Assembly (NCBI GenBank): GCA_054600435.1
Contig: BAAIJX010000005.1
Location: forward strand, 186,001-250,000
Direction: 5' to 3'
Source: Neophaeotheca triangularis
Lineage: Eukaryota
DNA: 64,000 bases
In this document: in pieces, positions 13,583 to 25,446 of the stretch
How positions within the stretch are numbered: the first letter of the stretch is position 1
How the letters are laid out: every line of letters starts with the position of its first letter
The notes under the pieces: generated by a model
Databases searched by the model: none
What the model was told of the DNA's origin: nothing
Seen by the model: the letters and a program-made list of their open reading frames with translations, nothing else
Made by a program: the position numbers and the translations under genes

Positions 13583-14614
13583 TACGTCGTCAGGTGTACG
13601 AAGCTAAGGTGCGGCTGATGTGAGATGATCGTCTTGAGCTTGATGTCGGGGAAACCGAGAGGAAGAGGCCAGCTCCTCGCTGTCACACAGTGAAACTATG
13701 GGGGTATGTTGAGACGGAGGGCAACCGGTGCCAGCTGTGCACGAGAAGGCGTCGAGATGAAGTAGGCACTCGAGGGGTAGAGCAGCTTTCTTGTGGTAGT
13801 TGGCGCTTCGCACAGACAGCAAGACGGCGGTTGGCCGGAACAGCAGGGCGGCAGACGGGGGCTTCTGAGAAACGAGGAAGAGCTAAAGTGGGTGCAGACC
13901 TAGCTTGTATTATTGCTAGGCCTAATGAGAATGCTCCATTGAGCTGGAAAGCCATGATAGGCGCCTGGAAGTCTTGTCAGCTAAACGCTTGATATAGTCG
14001 CCGAGCTAAATGTGGTATGGACGGATGGATGGATGGCTGTATGCTGCTGCACGCGCTGTCGATGGTTTCACTGCAGGGCACCTTTCCGAGCATGGGATCA
14101 GAGGCACGAATGCGGGGAATTGTTCTGGTTGGACATGTTCCCGTCGTGATTGTTAGGCGTACCTAACTGATGCAGATATCGCTGCCGTCGTCGACGGAAT
14201 GCTAGGAGGTACAGCAATGCCTCCCATCGTTATCGACGAGCACTTTTACCTCCCAACCTGAAGCAACGACCGCGACATCATCTACTACCTCTTTAAGTTA
14301 CCGTGGAGCAAGTATACAGTACAGAGAAGTGATTGGCGTGTGAGGAGGCATCCATACTGTACATGTGTTCTGCAGGCTTGTGATGGGATGTATCAAGCTT
14401 GTCTGCTGGCGAATCACAATGCCAAAGTGGTATACTTGGCAGGCACATCATCTTCCAGGCGCTTAGAGATCACATAGAGACGAAGATCTTCTTTTTCCCT
14501 CCAACCAGTTTTTCTTCTCAAGAGACCTCGAGGTCTTGTTCAGTCGTTGCATGTTGAGCTCTAGGTAGAAGTCACGTAGAAGTCCACGTGAGTCGCCGTG
14601 GAAAGGCCATTTCC

Positions 14615-14671
14615 ATGTTTATGTTCATGTTTATGTTCATGTTCATGTTCATCAGCATCAGCATCAGCATC
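14615..14671 (+). repeat. compound hexamer microsatellite (ATGTTY)6(ATCAGC)3
   Basis: atgtttatgttcatgtttatgttcatgttcatgttc atcagcatcagcatcagcatc. Confidence 0.85.
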
Positions 14672-14882
14672 TTGGCCGGCGAAGTCGGCTCTTCACGTGC
14701 GCCAAGCCCGATACACCTCGGTCGAGAGTACCTATCCTATCCTACTAGTATCTATAGACATGGACAACAAGTTGCAACTTGGTGTCGTTCTGATCGCATG
14801 CCCATACCTACTTTGTTAGAATCTCGCTGTCAGAAGGAACAAAAGAGGAGGAGAGGACCAGGAAGAAGACCCCGCCTAAGTC

Positions 14883-17800
14883 ATGTCCAACGCCCCAAAG
14901 AGACCGTCGTCCGCGGCGCAAGCAGATGTCGTCTTCTTGCCCAACCTCAAGAATTGTCTCTTGAACTTGCCGTCCTCTTTGGTCTCGGTTTTACTAAACG
15001 CAAATGCCATTGCGCAGAATGTAGTCATCGAGCTGAGCTGGCGGCCTCCGCCTCCACCAGGCGTGGACCCCAAGGCTGCCAAAGCACCCGGAACGCAGAG
15101 GAGCGTGTTTCTAGGATGGACGGGCATGCAGTCGCAGACCAAGCTGGCCTCGGTCATTGGGAGAGACGGCAGGAACAGTAGAAGTACTGGCGGGAAAGAG
15201 GAGCGAGAGGTGCAGACGGTCGAGATAGACGGCACACTTGGGAGGTTGCTGGGCTTGAGCGAGGGTAGCAAGGTACAGACTCCCCATAATAATCGGGGAA
15301 AGGGGGAGATTCGCAGATAGCTGATATGAATGAGTAGGTCGGCGTGTCGTTCCACATTGATCCGCCTCAAGCCCATACCGTAAACATCGAGCCACTCACG
15401 CCTACCGACTGGGAGATGATAGAGTTGCATGCACACTTCCTCGAGATGAACTTTCTTTCGCAAGTCCGCGCTCTACCTAATCCAGCATCTGGGTCGTCAC
15501 ATCCTCTTAGCTTGTATCTGACACCAACATCAACTGCCAACGTTGTGGTGACGTCGCTTACGCCTGCGCCTTCAAACTCCCAACCCTTCGTTAAGATCTC
15601 CCCTGACGCCGAGGTCATCGTTGCGCCCAAGACCCGACAACAAGCCAGAGCTTCTAGTAGCAGTGGCAGGGACAACAGGAGTACAGCTAGTACAAGTCGA
15701 AGAAGCGCTGGCGGCCGAAGCACTACCTCAAGACATCGCGGTGCTGCTGATGAGGAGAAGGCCAGACCTCCGCTATTTCTCCGTGGTCTTTCGAGGGCTA
15801 TTGGTAGCGAATGGTTCGAGGAGATCGACGATACCGCCAAAGACGAGGGCTTGAAGGTGTGGGTCGATCGCGATCACCTCGCATCGAGAACACTGAGAGG
15901 TGTGAATTGGGTGGCTGTCAACGTTGTCAAGCCAGCAGGGTTACAGGAGCCAAGAGATCCGCAAGAGCAGCAAGCGAGCGAGCCGACTTCTGCGTCGACC
16001 GTTGTAGCAAGGGTTTGTGTTTGGGAAGACGCCCCTGATTCGAAGCATGCGGCTCTCTCCAGCCTTTTGTGCGCAAGTCTCGGTACAGAAGATATTATTG
16101 GAGGTATTGTTCGGCTTGACCCAGCACCTCCTCCGCTACCAAGGACTGCATCCGCCCTCAAGGAGCCTTCGCAACAGGCGAGCAAGGATGCCATCGTCAA
16201 GCGTTTGCGGGTGACTCCCTTCATTGCAACGGAAAGCAAGAAAAAGCAAGGTCACGAAGGCTTCAGGTTTGGCGGCGAATCAAAAGCGGAGCGGGAGGAA
16301 GCTAGTCAAAAGATTAAAGATTTGTTCGGCAAAACGGTCCTTGAAGGCCCAATCACCGATGGCATGCTGTTACCCTCTCAGCCTGGCTGGCCTGGCGGCA
16401 TCTTGGACTTTGACCCGGCACCCGCCGGCGATCCATCTGGCAAGCGTCTAAACTGGCTCCTCGGTGCTGATAGAAAGCTCGAGATCGCGGTGCAACAGGA
16501 GACGGCCCCTCCCAAGCTGCCATTAACACCAGGAGAAGCCTTGGCGTCAGAGCCGCCAAAGATGGTCGGCATCGATGCCCTCATTACGCAGACAGAAGCT
16601 GGACTACTTCATCACTCGTCGACACTTCTTACTGGCGGTCTGGGTTCAGGGAAGAGCTCGCTTGTACAGCTACTTGCCCATGATCTAAGGAGTCGTTATC
16701 TGTTTCAGACCTTGTACTTCCCTTGCCGCACCATGATCAACGAGTCCACCCCTGTCTCTACTATCAAGCGCAAGCTGGATTTATTGTTCGCCAACGCAGT
16801 CTGGGGCGCTCGGCCTGCCGGTTGTCGAGCTGTGGTTATACTTGATGATCTGGATCGATTGTGTCCTACCGAGACGGAGCTGCAAGTCGATGCCAATGGA
16901 CGCAGCAAGCAGATCAGCGAATTGTTGATCTCCATGGTTCGCCAGTACTGTGGCAGGAACACTGGTGTGGTCCTACTCGCTACCGCTCAGGGCAAAGAAG
17001 CTGTCAACAATGTTATCATCGGAGGGCACGTAGTGCGAGACATTGTGGCGCTAAAAGCTCCTAACAAGGAAGGAAGAGCGAAAGTACTGGAGATGCTCGT
17101 CGCCAATGCTACGAAAAAGCCAACAGAGACACTAGCTACTTATGCTAACGGTACTGGCAACGAGTGGATGGATGGCGATGCCGAAGACGAAGAAGCGGCT
17201 TCCGCAAGCAAACTCGATGGCAATGACGCTGGTTCTGATCTAGATGTAGTCGACATCGCGGGTCAGACTGATGGCTATATGCCTGGAGATCTCACGCTGC
17301 TCGTCTCAAGAGCCCGCAGCGAGGCTTTGATTCGCACAGTGACCGCATCTGAAGCGTCTAACACTTTCGACGCCAACCTCGAGAACGATCTCGCTTTGCT
17401 GGACGAGGACTTTACCGCAGCTCTCGAAGGTTTTACACCCGCTTCGCTGCGGGGCGTGACCCTCCAGCACTCCACCACCACCTTCGCATCCATCGGCGGT
17501 CTAACAGAAACCAGACAGACTCTCCTCGAAACCCTCCAATATCCCACTACGTACGCACCGCTGTTTGCAAAATGCCCCCTCCGCTTACGGTCCGGTCTTC
17601 TCCTCTATGGCTTCCCCGGTTGCGGCAAAACTCTACTCGCATCAGCCGTAGCAGGCGAATGCGGCTTGAACTTCATCTCGGTGAAAGGTCCTGAGATTCT
17701 GAACAAGTACATTGGAGCATCAGAAAAGAGTGTCCGAGACTTGTTCGAGCGAGCAGAAGCAGCAAAGCCCTGTGTCCTCTTCTTTGATGAATTCGATTCC

Positions 17801-18697
17801 ATCGCGCCCAAGCGTGGCCACGACAGCACAGGAGTCACGGACCGTGTCGTCAACATGCTGTTGACAATGATGGACGGCGCTGAAGGCCTAAGCGGTGTCT
17901 ACGTGCTCGCAGCGACCAGTCGACCAGATCTCATCGACCCTGCTCTCCTTCGCCCCGGGCGTCTGGACAAAAGCTTAATCTGCGACATGCCGGCCTACGA
18001 AGACCGACTCGACATCTTACGCGCCGTGTCCGGCAAACTCAAGCTCGACGACTCGGTGGCTGCGTCGGAGGGAAAGCAAAGCCTGGGCGAAATCGCTCGC
18101 CGCACTGACGGCTACTCCGGCGCCGACCTCCAAGCCGTAGTCTACAACGCCCATCTCGAGGCTATCCACGACATGCTCGGGCCCGCCGCCGATGGCAATG
18201 CTGCGCAGACCAACTCGGACGATTCTGGCAAGAGCTCCAAGGGGTCCAAGGCACAGGACTTTACGTATTTCCAGTACGGCCAAACGGGCAGAGAATCGTC
18301 GGATAACGTGCCCAGTGCGACACCAGCAGCGCTTGCAGCGGAACGCGCCCAGATCGCGGAGAAGTTGTCAGCCCTGCAGCTCGCGAGGCGGAAGGCGAAG
18401 CAAGCGCGCCATCAAGCGGCAACCGCGTCCGCGTCGACAAGCCGTCCGACTTCTGCGGCAGGCCAGGTCAATGGCGCGGCAGCGCCGGATGGAGAAGAAG
18501 GGGGACAAGGCCATGCCCAACCCACTATCAAATGGAACCATCTGCACAAGTCCCTGGAGGAAACGCGGGCTTCCATCAGCGCTGAGGAGCGGATGAGGTT
18601 GGCGAGGATCTACAAGGAGTTTGTTGTTGGCAGAAGTGGGGAGATGAGTGACGGGCAGGGTGGGAGTGAGATTGGAGGTCGGACTAGTCTAATGTAG
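14883..18697 (+). CDS. PEX1: peroxisomal AAA+ ATPase Pex1
   Basis: Exons 14883-15272 and 15338-18697. N-terminal PEX1 domain (EPLTPTDWEMIELHA), D1 GGLGSGKS, D2 GFPGCGKT / FFDEFDSIAPKRGHDSTGVTDRVVN, C-terminal GGRTSLM. Confidence 0.95.
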
Positions 18698-19515
18698 TCG
18701 GATATTCCCGAATGTCATCAAATGTAATTGGCGACTTTGGGAGATGGTTTCCCCCAACTGCTAGCATCAAAGTCGCTCGACTTTTCGGAAACACCGGGTC
18801 GACTCGTTTTCGCTGTGTTTCAATTCAATGAAGTCTTGATGTTTAGGGTCACCAAGGAATCCCTCCTCCCGAACATCACCTGAGTCAGCCGAGTTGCGAG
18901 CCTCCAAGACGATCGTGTGCAGCCCAAACTCTGACCCTATTCTCTACCCACGCCGAAGCAGAGAAGCATTGTTTGTGTTTGACCGTGCAGCGTGCAATGG
19001 CAGTTGATCGTAGCGTTGAGGCTCTCGTGCATTGTTACGATTGGCTGAGGTGATCACGATTGCTGAGTATGGTTTTCCAGGTGTATAATTGTAAGGAGTT
19101 TTGAGCTTAAAGCGGCAGACCGAAACAACGCCACCATGGCAATGCTGAAAACACTACAACTCGCACGCAAGCAAATGAATTCATTGAAAACCCTAGGATG
19201 TAGCTCGGAAGCGACAGGCTTTAATTCAGTACTCTAAGCATGCATATGCCAGATATGCAAGAACATTCGAAAGCCTCACGTCAACAACCATTGCGCCCCC
19301 ATTACTGCCGTCTTCATTATCTCCCAACCCCTCCCATCACTAGCACTCTCCCACAGAAACCCTCCATCCATGAACAGACAATAAAAATCCTGCCCCACGA
19401 TAGGGTGCATCTTTTGGGTCGTGCACAAGGTAAGATATCGGCCAGCGATGCCAACCTACGGTCGGTACCTAGCCCGGTCCAGTCGCGAATGGCGTGGGCG
19501 AAAGAAATGGATCGA

Positions 19516-21765
19516 TCACTCAGCGAAGAAGCTCGGCCTGTCGGGATCCATTATCTCGAGGTCAGGCTGGCTGAGCAGCGTGTAGGCCGGTCCAGGGGGC
19601 GGCAGAGATGGCGAAATAGTTGCAAGGACACCATCGAATGGATTAGATGTGTTGCCAGGGGCGGTGGATGGAAAGTGACACTGATCGTGCAAGAACTGCC
19701 CAAAGTCGACTGGATCGTAGTCTGATGCTGTTAGATAGAATGTACTCGTCAATATTGTTGTCATGTTATGGAAAGATCGTAGCCGTTAATCATTTCTCAC
19801 TGTCAGGCAGCGAGATAGTACGGCCATCATCGTTGTCTTCGTTGTCCTCGTTGTTCGGACTGTGGTTATGGTTGCCGCTGCTGAGGAATAGCGGGTTTCC
19901 CCCAACGCCGAAGAAGTCCGCTAGGCGGTTGTCGTAAGATGTCATGTAATCACCGGCGCTGTGGTGATGGTTGTTGGTCGGGCTTACAAGCTCTGGCTTG
20001 ATCACGGCTGCATTGGAGCCGAGCATGTCGTACCCGGTGAAGTTGTTTCCGGCTTCCGCGACACCAGTCTGGTCATGAGTGCTGTAGAAGTTGTAGCCAG
20101 AGTTGAAATTGTTGTTATAATGCTGGTGCATGCCGAGCGAGTCGTAGCTGTGGTTCGGGATGTGAGCATCCGCACCCTGTTGGTAGCCTGAGCCGTGCAT
20201 GTGAGTGAAGGATGTATAGTCGCTGGCATCCTGCGAGTAGTCAGTCTGCGTGGGACGGAAGATGCCTGGAACCGACGGCACATTCTGGCAACCAGCTGGG
20301 ATGGTAGGGCGATGCGTAGAGCCGGTGGAGTCGTTGCGGTACATCGAGGAAGATGTAGTCATGGGTTGGCTGTGGAAGCTCTCGTTGGGGTGCCTAAAGC
20401 TCCAAGTCAATGTATCAAGAGAGGCTGGGTTGTCGAAAGTAATCTCAGGACCGGAGTTGTCGCGGTGAATGCTCACGCCCAGGCGCGCCTTCGACCGAGA
20501 TCCATGGTAAGTGAGCGCATCGTCCTCGTCCTCGGCATGCAGATAGTAAGGGTTGTTGCGGTTACCAAAGTCTGTATGATGAGCACCGGGCTGACGACGG
20601 GAAGTTCGGCGATTGGTATTGGGATCCTTCTCACTCAGTGCTTTGCGTGGGCGTCGAACGGCTCGCTTCTTCGTTGGCGGCTCGGGAGAGGATTCGCCTA
20701 ATAAAGATGTGGTTTTAGCAAAATTCGGGTGTGAAATGCACGAGTGCGACGGAGGCTGACCTTTGATCAAGCTGTCGTCGGAATCAGGGTCATCATTAAT
20801 GTTTCGCTTTTTCCTGAACTCGCCAGATTGGTCGAAGATGAGCTCAAACGGTTCAACCTGGGTGCTGGTACGCTGGAGGTTGAGCACCACCGATACCGCC
20901 TTTTTCTGGTTTCGCTTCCTTTGCATTTCTGGGGTTGCAGAGTCCCAAAGACTCATTCCTGGCCACACAATCCCCTTCAGCTTTTCGTTGTTAACGTCTT
21001 CTCCATTGTCGTTCTCGTCCTCGTTGATGATTATTGGCACGTTGCTGGTGCTGGCACGTACGCGTGTACTGCGACGGGGAGGAGCTTGTCGGGGTATTGG
21101 CTCAGGATCGAAGGAGTCGGAACTGAGGAACTCAACGTCGGGCTCTTGCTTGATGTTGTCTTGAGTCAGGCTGTAGGGAGACGCCGACCAGCTCTGCATG
21201 GGAGGTGCGTAGGATCGGTGGTGGAGGTGGGCGAGATCGAACGGATTGCCATAGGGAGGCATAGGGGTTGTTGGTCGTGAGAAATCTTCGTATTTGACTC
21301 TGCGGTCAAGCATAGGGTCGAGCGTGTCTTCACGGAGCGTGCTGACACGCCCGCGGCTGGCAGTTGGAGCAACAGCACTCGGAGTACTGCGCTGCGACGA
21401 GGCGTGAGCTGTGGCTGTTAGTACAGTCATGTGTCGAGGCACGTAGCGAGAGAACGGAGGAACTTACTAGCAGAGCTTCTCCTGGATGCTGCAGCATTGC
21501 CTTTCTTCTTCTCTTTCTGGTTCAGCCGATCCCTCATGAGGTCCTGGATACCATGAGTCTTTTCCCAATTCTCGTAATCGGTATAGATCTGGTGGGCAGT
21601 GGCATCCTGTCGCGCGTTGATACCCATCTTGAAGCGGTTGCTCAAATGGCCTTTGCTGGCGACGTGAGTGAGTAAGTGGCTGAGGTCGGAAAAGGTTGGC
21701 TTCTTTGGGCAGACATTGCAAAGCAACGGTATTTGGTCGACGGCTCGGTTGTTTGTTTTGTCCAT
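19516..21765 (-). CDS. fungal protein with N-terminal C2H2-like zinc finger, putative regulator
   Basis: CNVC...HLLTHVASKGH finger and central LKGIVWPGMSLWDSATPEMQRKRNQKK motif. Predicted introns 21467-21409 (or 21415), 20760-20698 and 19800-19728 keep the frame. Confidence 0.75.
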
Positions 21766-22758
21766 TTCGGCTAGTGAATGTGTAGGGATCGCTGCGGTGC
21801 CTTTCCGTAAGGAGGGAATATTGTGAATGCACTGAATGAAGCGTGCAGAAGAGATGGTTTGATGCTCGCTTAGACAAAGGGTGCCCAGGTGGTGTTACCT
21901 CGAGCAGAACGGTGGCTAATTGGGCATGTAGGTGCTTCGAAGCCGGCGAAGGAGTGACGGCGGTGAGGGTGCAGTTGGCCTTGTGAACAGTGGAAAGGAC
22001 AGTAGACCGGCGTCGGCTACAAGCAAGACAAAGTCAGTCAAGAAGAATCCAAGTGTCTCGAATGAGTAGAGAAGGGAAGAGAGGTGGAGGTGGAGTTGGA
22101 GAGGAAGGGTGGACGCTGTACGTTTTGAAGATGGTCAGGAGGTGATGGCGCTGCCAATGCACTGTTGCCAGGGGCGCTTCCTATCGTCTTTGAGGGAAAG
22201 TGGGAGAGATTGTTGTCCTTGCCTCGTTGAAGCAAGATTGGGGGCAGGTGAGGAGGGAGAAGGAGGTGCGGTCCGGTAGTGAGGTTGTTTATTCCCAATG
22301 GGCAGCTTTTCAGCCCCCACCGCCAAGCCAATGACAGGTTCCCGCGACATGCACGCGCTCGGTCGGCGAGGCATCGAATTTATATTTTGTTCGCGCAGAT
22401 ACGGAAGAGGGCGAAAGAGAGATCGAAAATTGACCCATAGACAGGGCGGGACAATCGGAAAGCCTACATGAAAGTCGACCCAGCTTCAACTTTGTCTGGC
22501 GCGGATTCCTCGATCCAGAGATAGGAGAACTCTTCCTCTCAGGCCCGTCTTGACGACTTAAATCACCAGACAGAATATACGGGGAAGACGACTAAATGAA
22601 GCGGCAGACACATGTGGTTGGGCACATGGTAATAATATGAATCTCACTAGTTGGTAGCGAAATAATGCAACATTCTGAGGGCCTACAGGTAGATTCCAAA
22701 ACCTGTCGACCATCTGTGCTTTTTGCTCGTAGTCCTTGCGCTGTCACATCTTCGTATC

Positions 22759-23962
22759 TTACGTCGTGCGCGCCTTTGCCACTTTATCAGTGATATAGCG
22801 TGGCATGCAGCTGCGATCACTCGTTAGCATTCCCTCAACGGTTATAAGCACAACATTTTTGCGCCGTTGGGCGGACGATGGTTCACTCACTAAGCCGGGT
22901 CAACCTCCCGCAACCCAGGATAGCCCACTAGGCTGAGACCAGCAATCCCGAAATTGGTATGGAACACGTCCACCATATCGCCGGGCCTATCGCTCATACC
23001 CCCGTTCTCCGGATCTTGACAGGCAAGGATGAAAGCCGTCAACTTTCGTTGGTCGATCCAGTGCAGCCGCTCGATCATGGATAGACTGCTCATAACCCAC
23101 CAGCTGTAACAGACATCGACCAGCTTCTCCGGCCTACCGTTCAGACCACCACTCGCCAGTTGTCGCTCGCTAAGCCACGCGCCTAGTTTATCCCTACCGC
23201 TCTCGCCCAGAACGTTATCAAGCTCACCGGCTATGGCCAACGCTCCCACGCAAGTAAAGACTTGACCTGAATGACTTTCAGCGCCAGGCGAGACTCCAAA
23301 GGCGCCGTCAAAATTCTGCGACGCGCGCACGTAGGCTATAGCAGCCGGGAGATCTATGAGAGGAGGTTGGGTTGACGAAGGCTGAAAGGGCATGAACCCT
23401 AGCAAGCTGAGCGCATTGAAGGCCCCGTACAGGAATCGCGTGTCCGTCTCCCCCCACTCGTCTCCAGCAAATGTACCGTTAGGCTTCTGCAGCCCTGCAA
23501 TGTAGTCCGCAATCTTCCTCATTCCATTTGGTATGCGCTGTTCGAGCTCATCGAAGCCTTCGATCATGGCGAGGATCTGAACCGAAGAGACAGTGTACAG
23601 CATGTGGGGATCGTGACCTGGCGCAGCCCCGAAGCCACCGTTGTCATGAAGACAAGAGAGGACGAAGTCGAAAACGCCTTTTCGAGGAAGCGCATGTGGT
23701 TGGCCCAGAAGATGCAGAGCTTGAAGCCCCCAGTAGATGCCTGATATGCGGAGGTGTTCTGTGAGATGGTATTCGAGCTCATCCTTGCGCTACAGCTATC
23801 GGGTCAGAGTCAGGGTGAGGAAAAGTTTTACATGAGCATTGTGCATCAGCATACCGTGTCCAGAGACTGAATGTAGGCCACATGCTTTTCAATCACCAGC
23901 TTCAGCTCATCTGGTAGACCGTCCGGCACGCCGCCTCTGCCCGGCCCTGCCACTAGCGACAT
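22759..23962 (-). CDS. BET2: Rab geranylgeranyltransferase (GGTase II) beta subunit
   Basis: Exons 23962-23855, 23789-22891 and 22810-22759; HLRISGIYWGL, GDEWGETDTRFLY, GLNGRPEKLVDVCYSWW, DRPGDMVDVFHT, YCMP. Confidence 0.93.
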
Positions 23963-24309
23963 GAGGATTTAAGTGTTGTGACAGCGCGTTCTCCGGGAAG
24001 CGTCAAAGAATGAAAGACGGACAGTTTTGTCTTGAAGACCTGTTATCAAAACGGCATCTACTTAATCTGCGAACACGCTCTTGTACCGACCTGCCGGGCA
24101 CCGCAAGCAGGCAGCGACTAGCTGTTGACGCCGGACGGGATTGATTAGTAGCCGAAACCTGAAGAGGTGAGGTCGAAGAATAGCGTCAATAGACTTAGGG
24201 TTGCCAAAGACAATGTACCGAAATGGCGTCGCCGGGTGAACAAAGCGTGGTAGTCTGAGGTGCTGAAGTGGAACAAGGGTTGTTGTCGGGTCTTGGCGGA
24301 GGCCGGAAA

Positions 24310-24344
24310 GACGAGACGAGACGAGACGAGACGAGATGAGATGA
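24310..24344. repeat. (GACGA)n pentamer microsatellite
   Basis: gacgagacgagacgagacgagacgagatgagatga. Confidence 0.8.
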
Positions 24345-25446
24345 CTTGCAGCCAGCTGCCACAGGGTCTTTTTTGATCGTGACCAATCCGGGTTTGAGCT
24401 ATACGAATAGATTGACTTGACACTCCAATAATTATCCTTGGCTTGGAATTGAATGATAATCCGGCAAGCAGTGCTTTGGGTTGTAGTTGTCTGTGAGAGA
24501 GAGTCTTTGATGGAGAAGTCTCGGTTCGTCCCATACCCATTCACTCACCACGCAGACTAGCAGACTACCTAGTAGTGCTTCCAACACTAGCCTCCATACC
24601 GACCCAAACTGTATTTCTGGCCAATACAGCCCGCTAGAAGCCCGAGCTTCCCCAAGAGCCAAAGGCGCACGACCCGGGCGCACGACTGGCTCAGGCACAG
24701 GGTTTCCCTAAAGCAGCGCTAGCAAGGACGACAACCACCTGCAACGACCTGTTTCAGCTGACGTCGCCCTCAGAGTCGTACACCTTACCCATACCACTGC
24801 TCGCGATCTCTCTCTCCTGCCTCTCTCCAATACCCTGATACCCTTGCTACACTCCGTCGTCCAAGACGCTTGCCATCCAATCTCCATCTTCCAACGCGAC
24901 CACCATCTGCGCCGGGGGAGGGGCTTCGTCGAAGATCCCCGTTACCCGCTGGAGCCGAGCAACACCGTAGACGCTGACCAGTAACCCAAAGGCTAGAGCC
25001 GCCGGGCCAACCGCGTTCTACATCACTCTACAGCATTTCTTCGCCCGCCAGGCCACAACGAGCTAGTTGAAACAACTGTCGAGCTCGAAAGGGACGTCTT
25101 TCGTCCGGCGCAACTGAAAGCGCAGCCCTAGCCGGACCAAGTGAGAGTTGGGCGCAACCTGAAAGCCGCAGCAGGTACGCTGCTTTCTTTGTCACTTCAG
25201 GTACACAGCCCCTCCACATTGTTTGGTCGCCCGCGTGCAATCTCCCCTCGCAAGACAAGACGACGGCGAGCAACACCAACCGGCAACACACTCCGAGACA
25301 ACCGCGCCAGTTGACGTCTGGAAAGTAGAACGTCCTCATCTCATGCGTGCCTGAAGCGGTAAACATTGTGCGCCCAAAACGGCACGGCGTTACCCGTGAC
25401 ACGCAACACACTCGTTCCAAAGGTAGCAGGGTGCCATTGAGACGCG

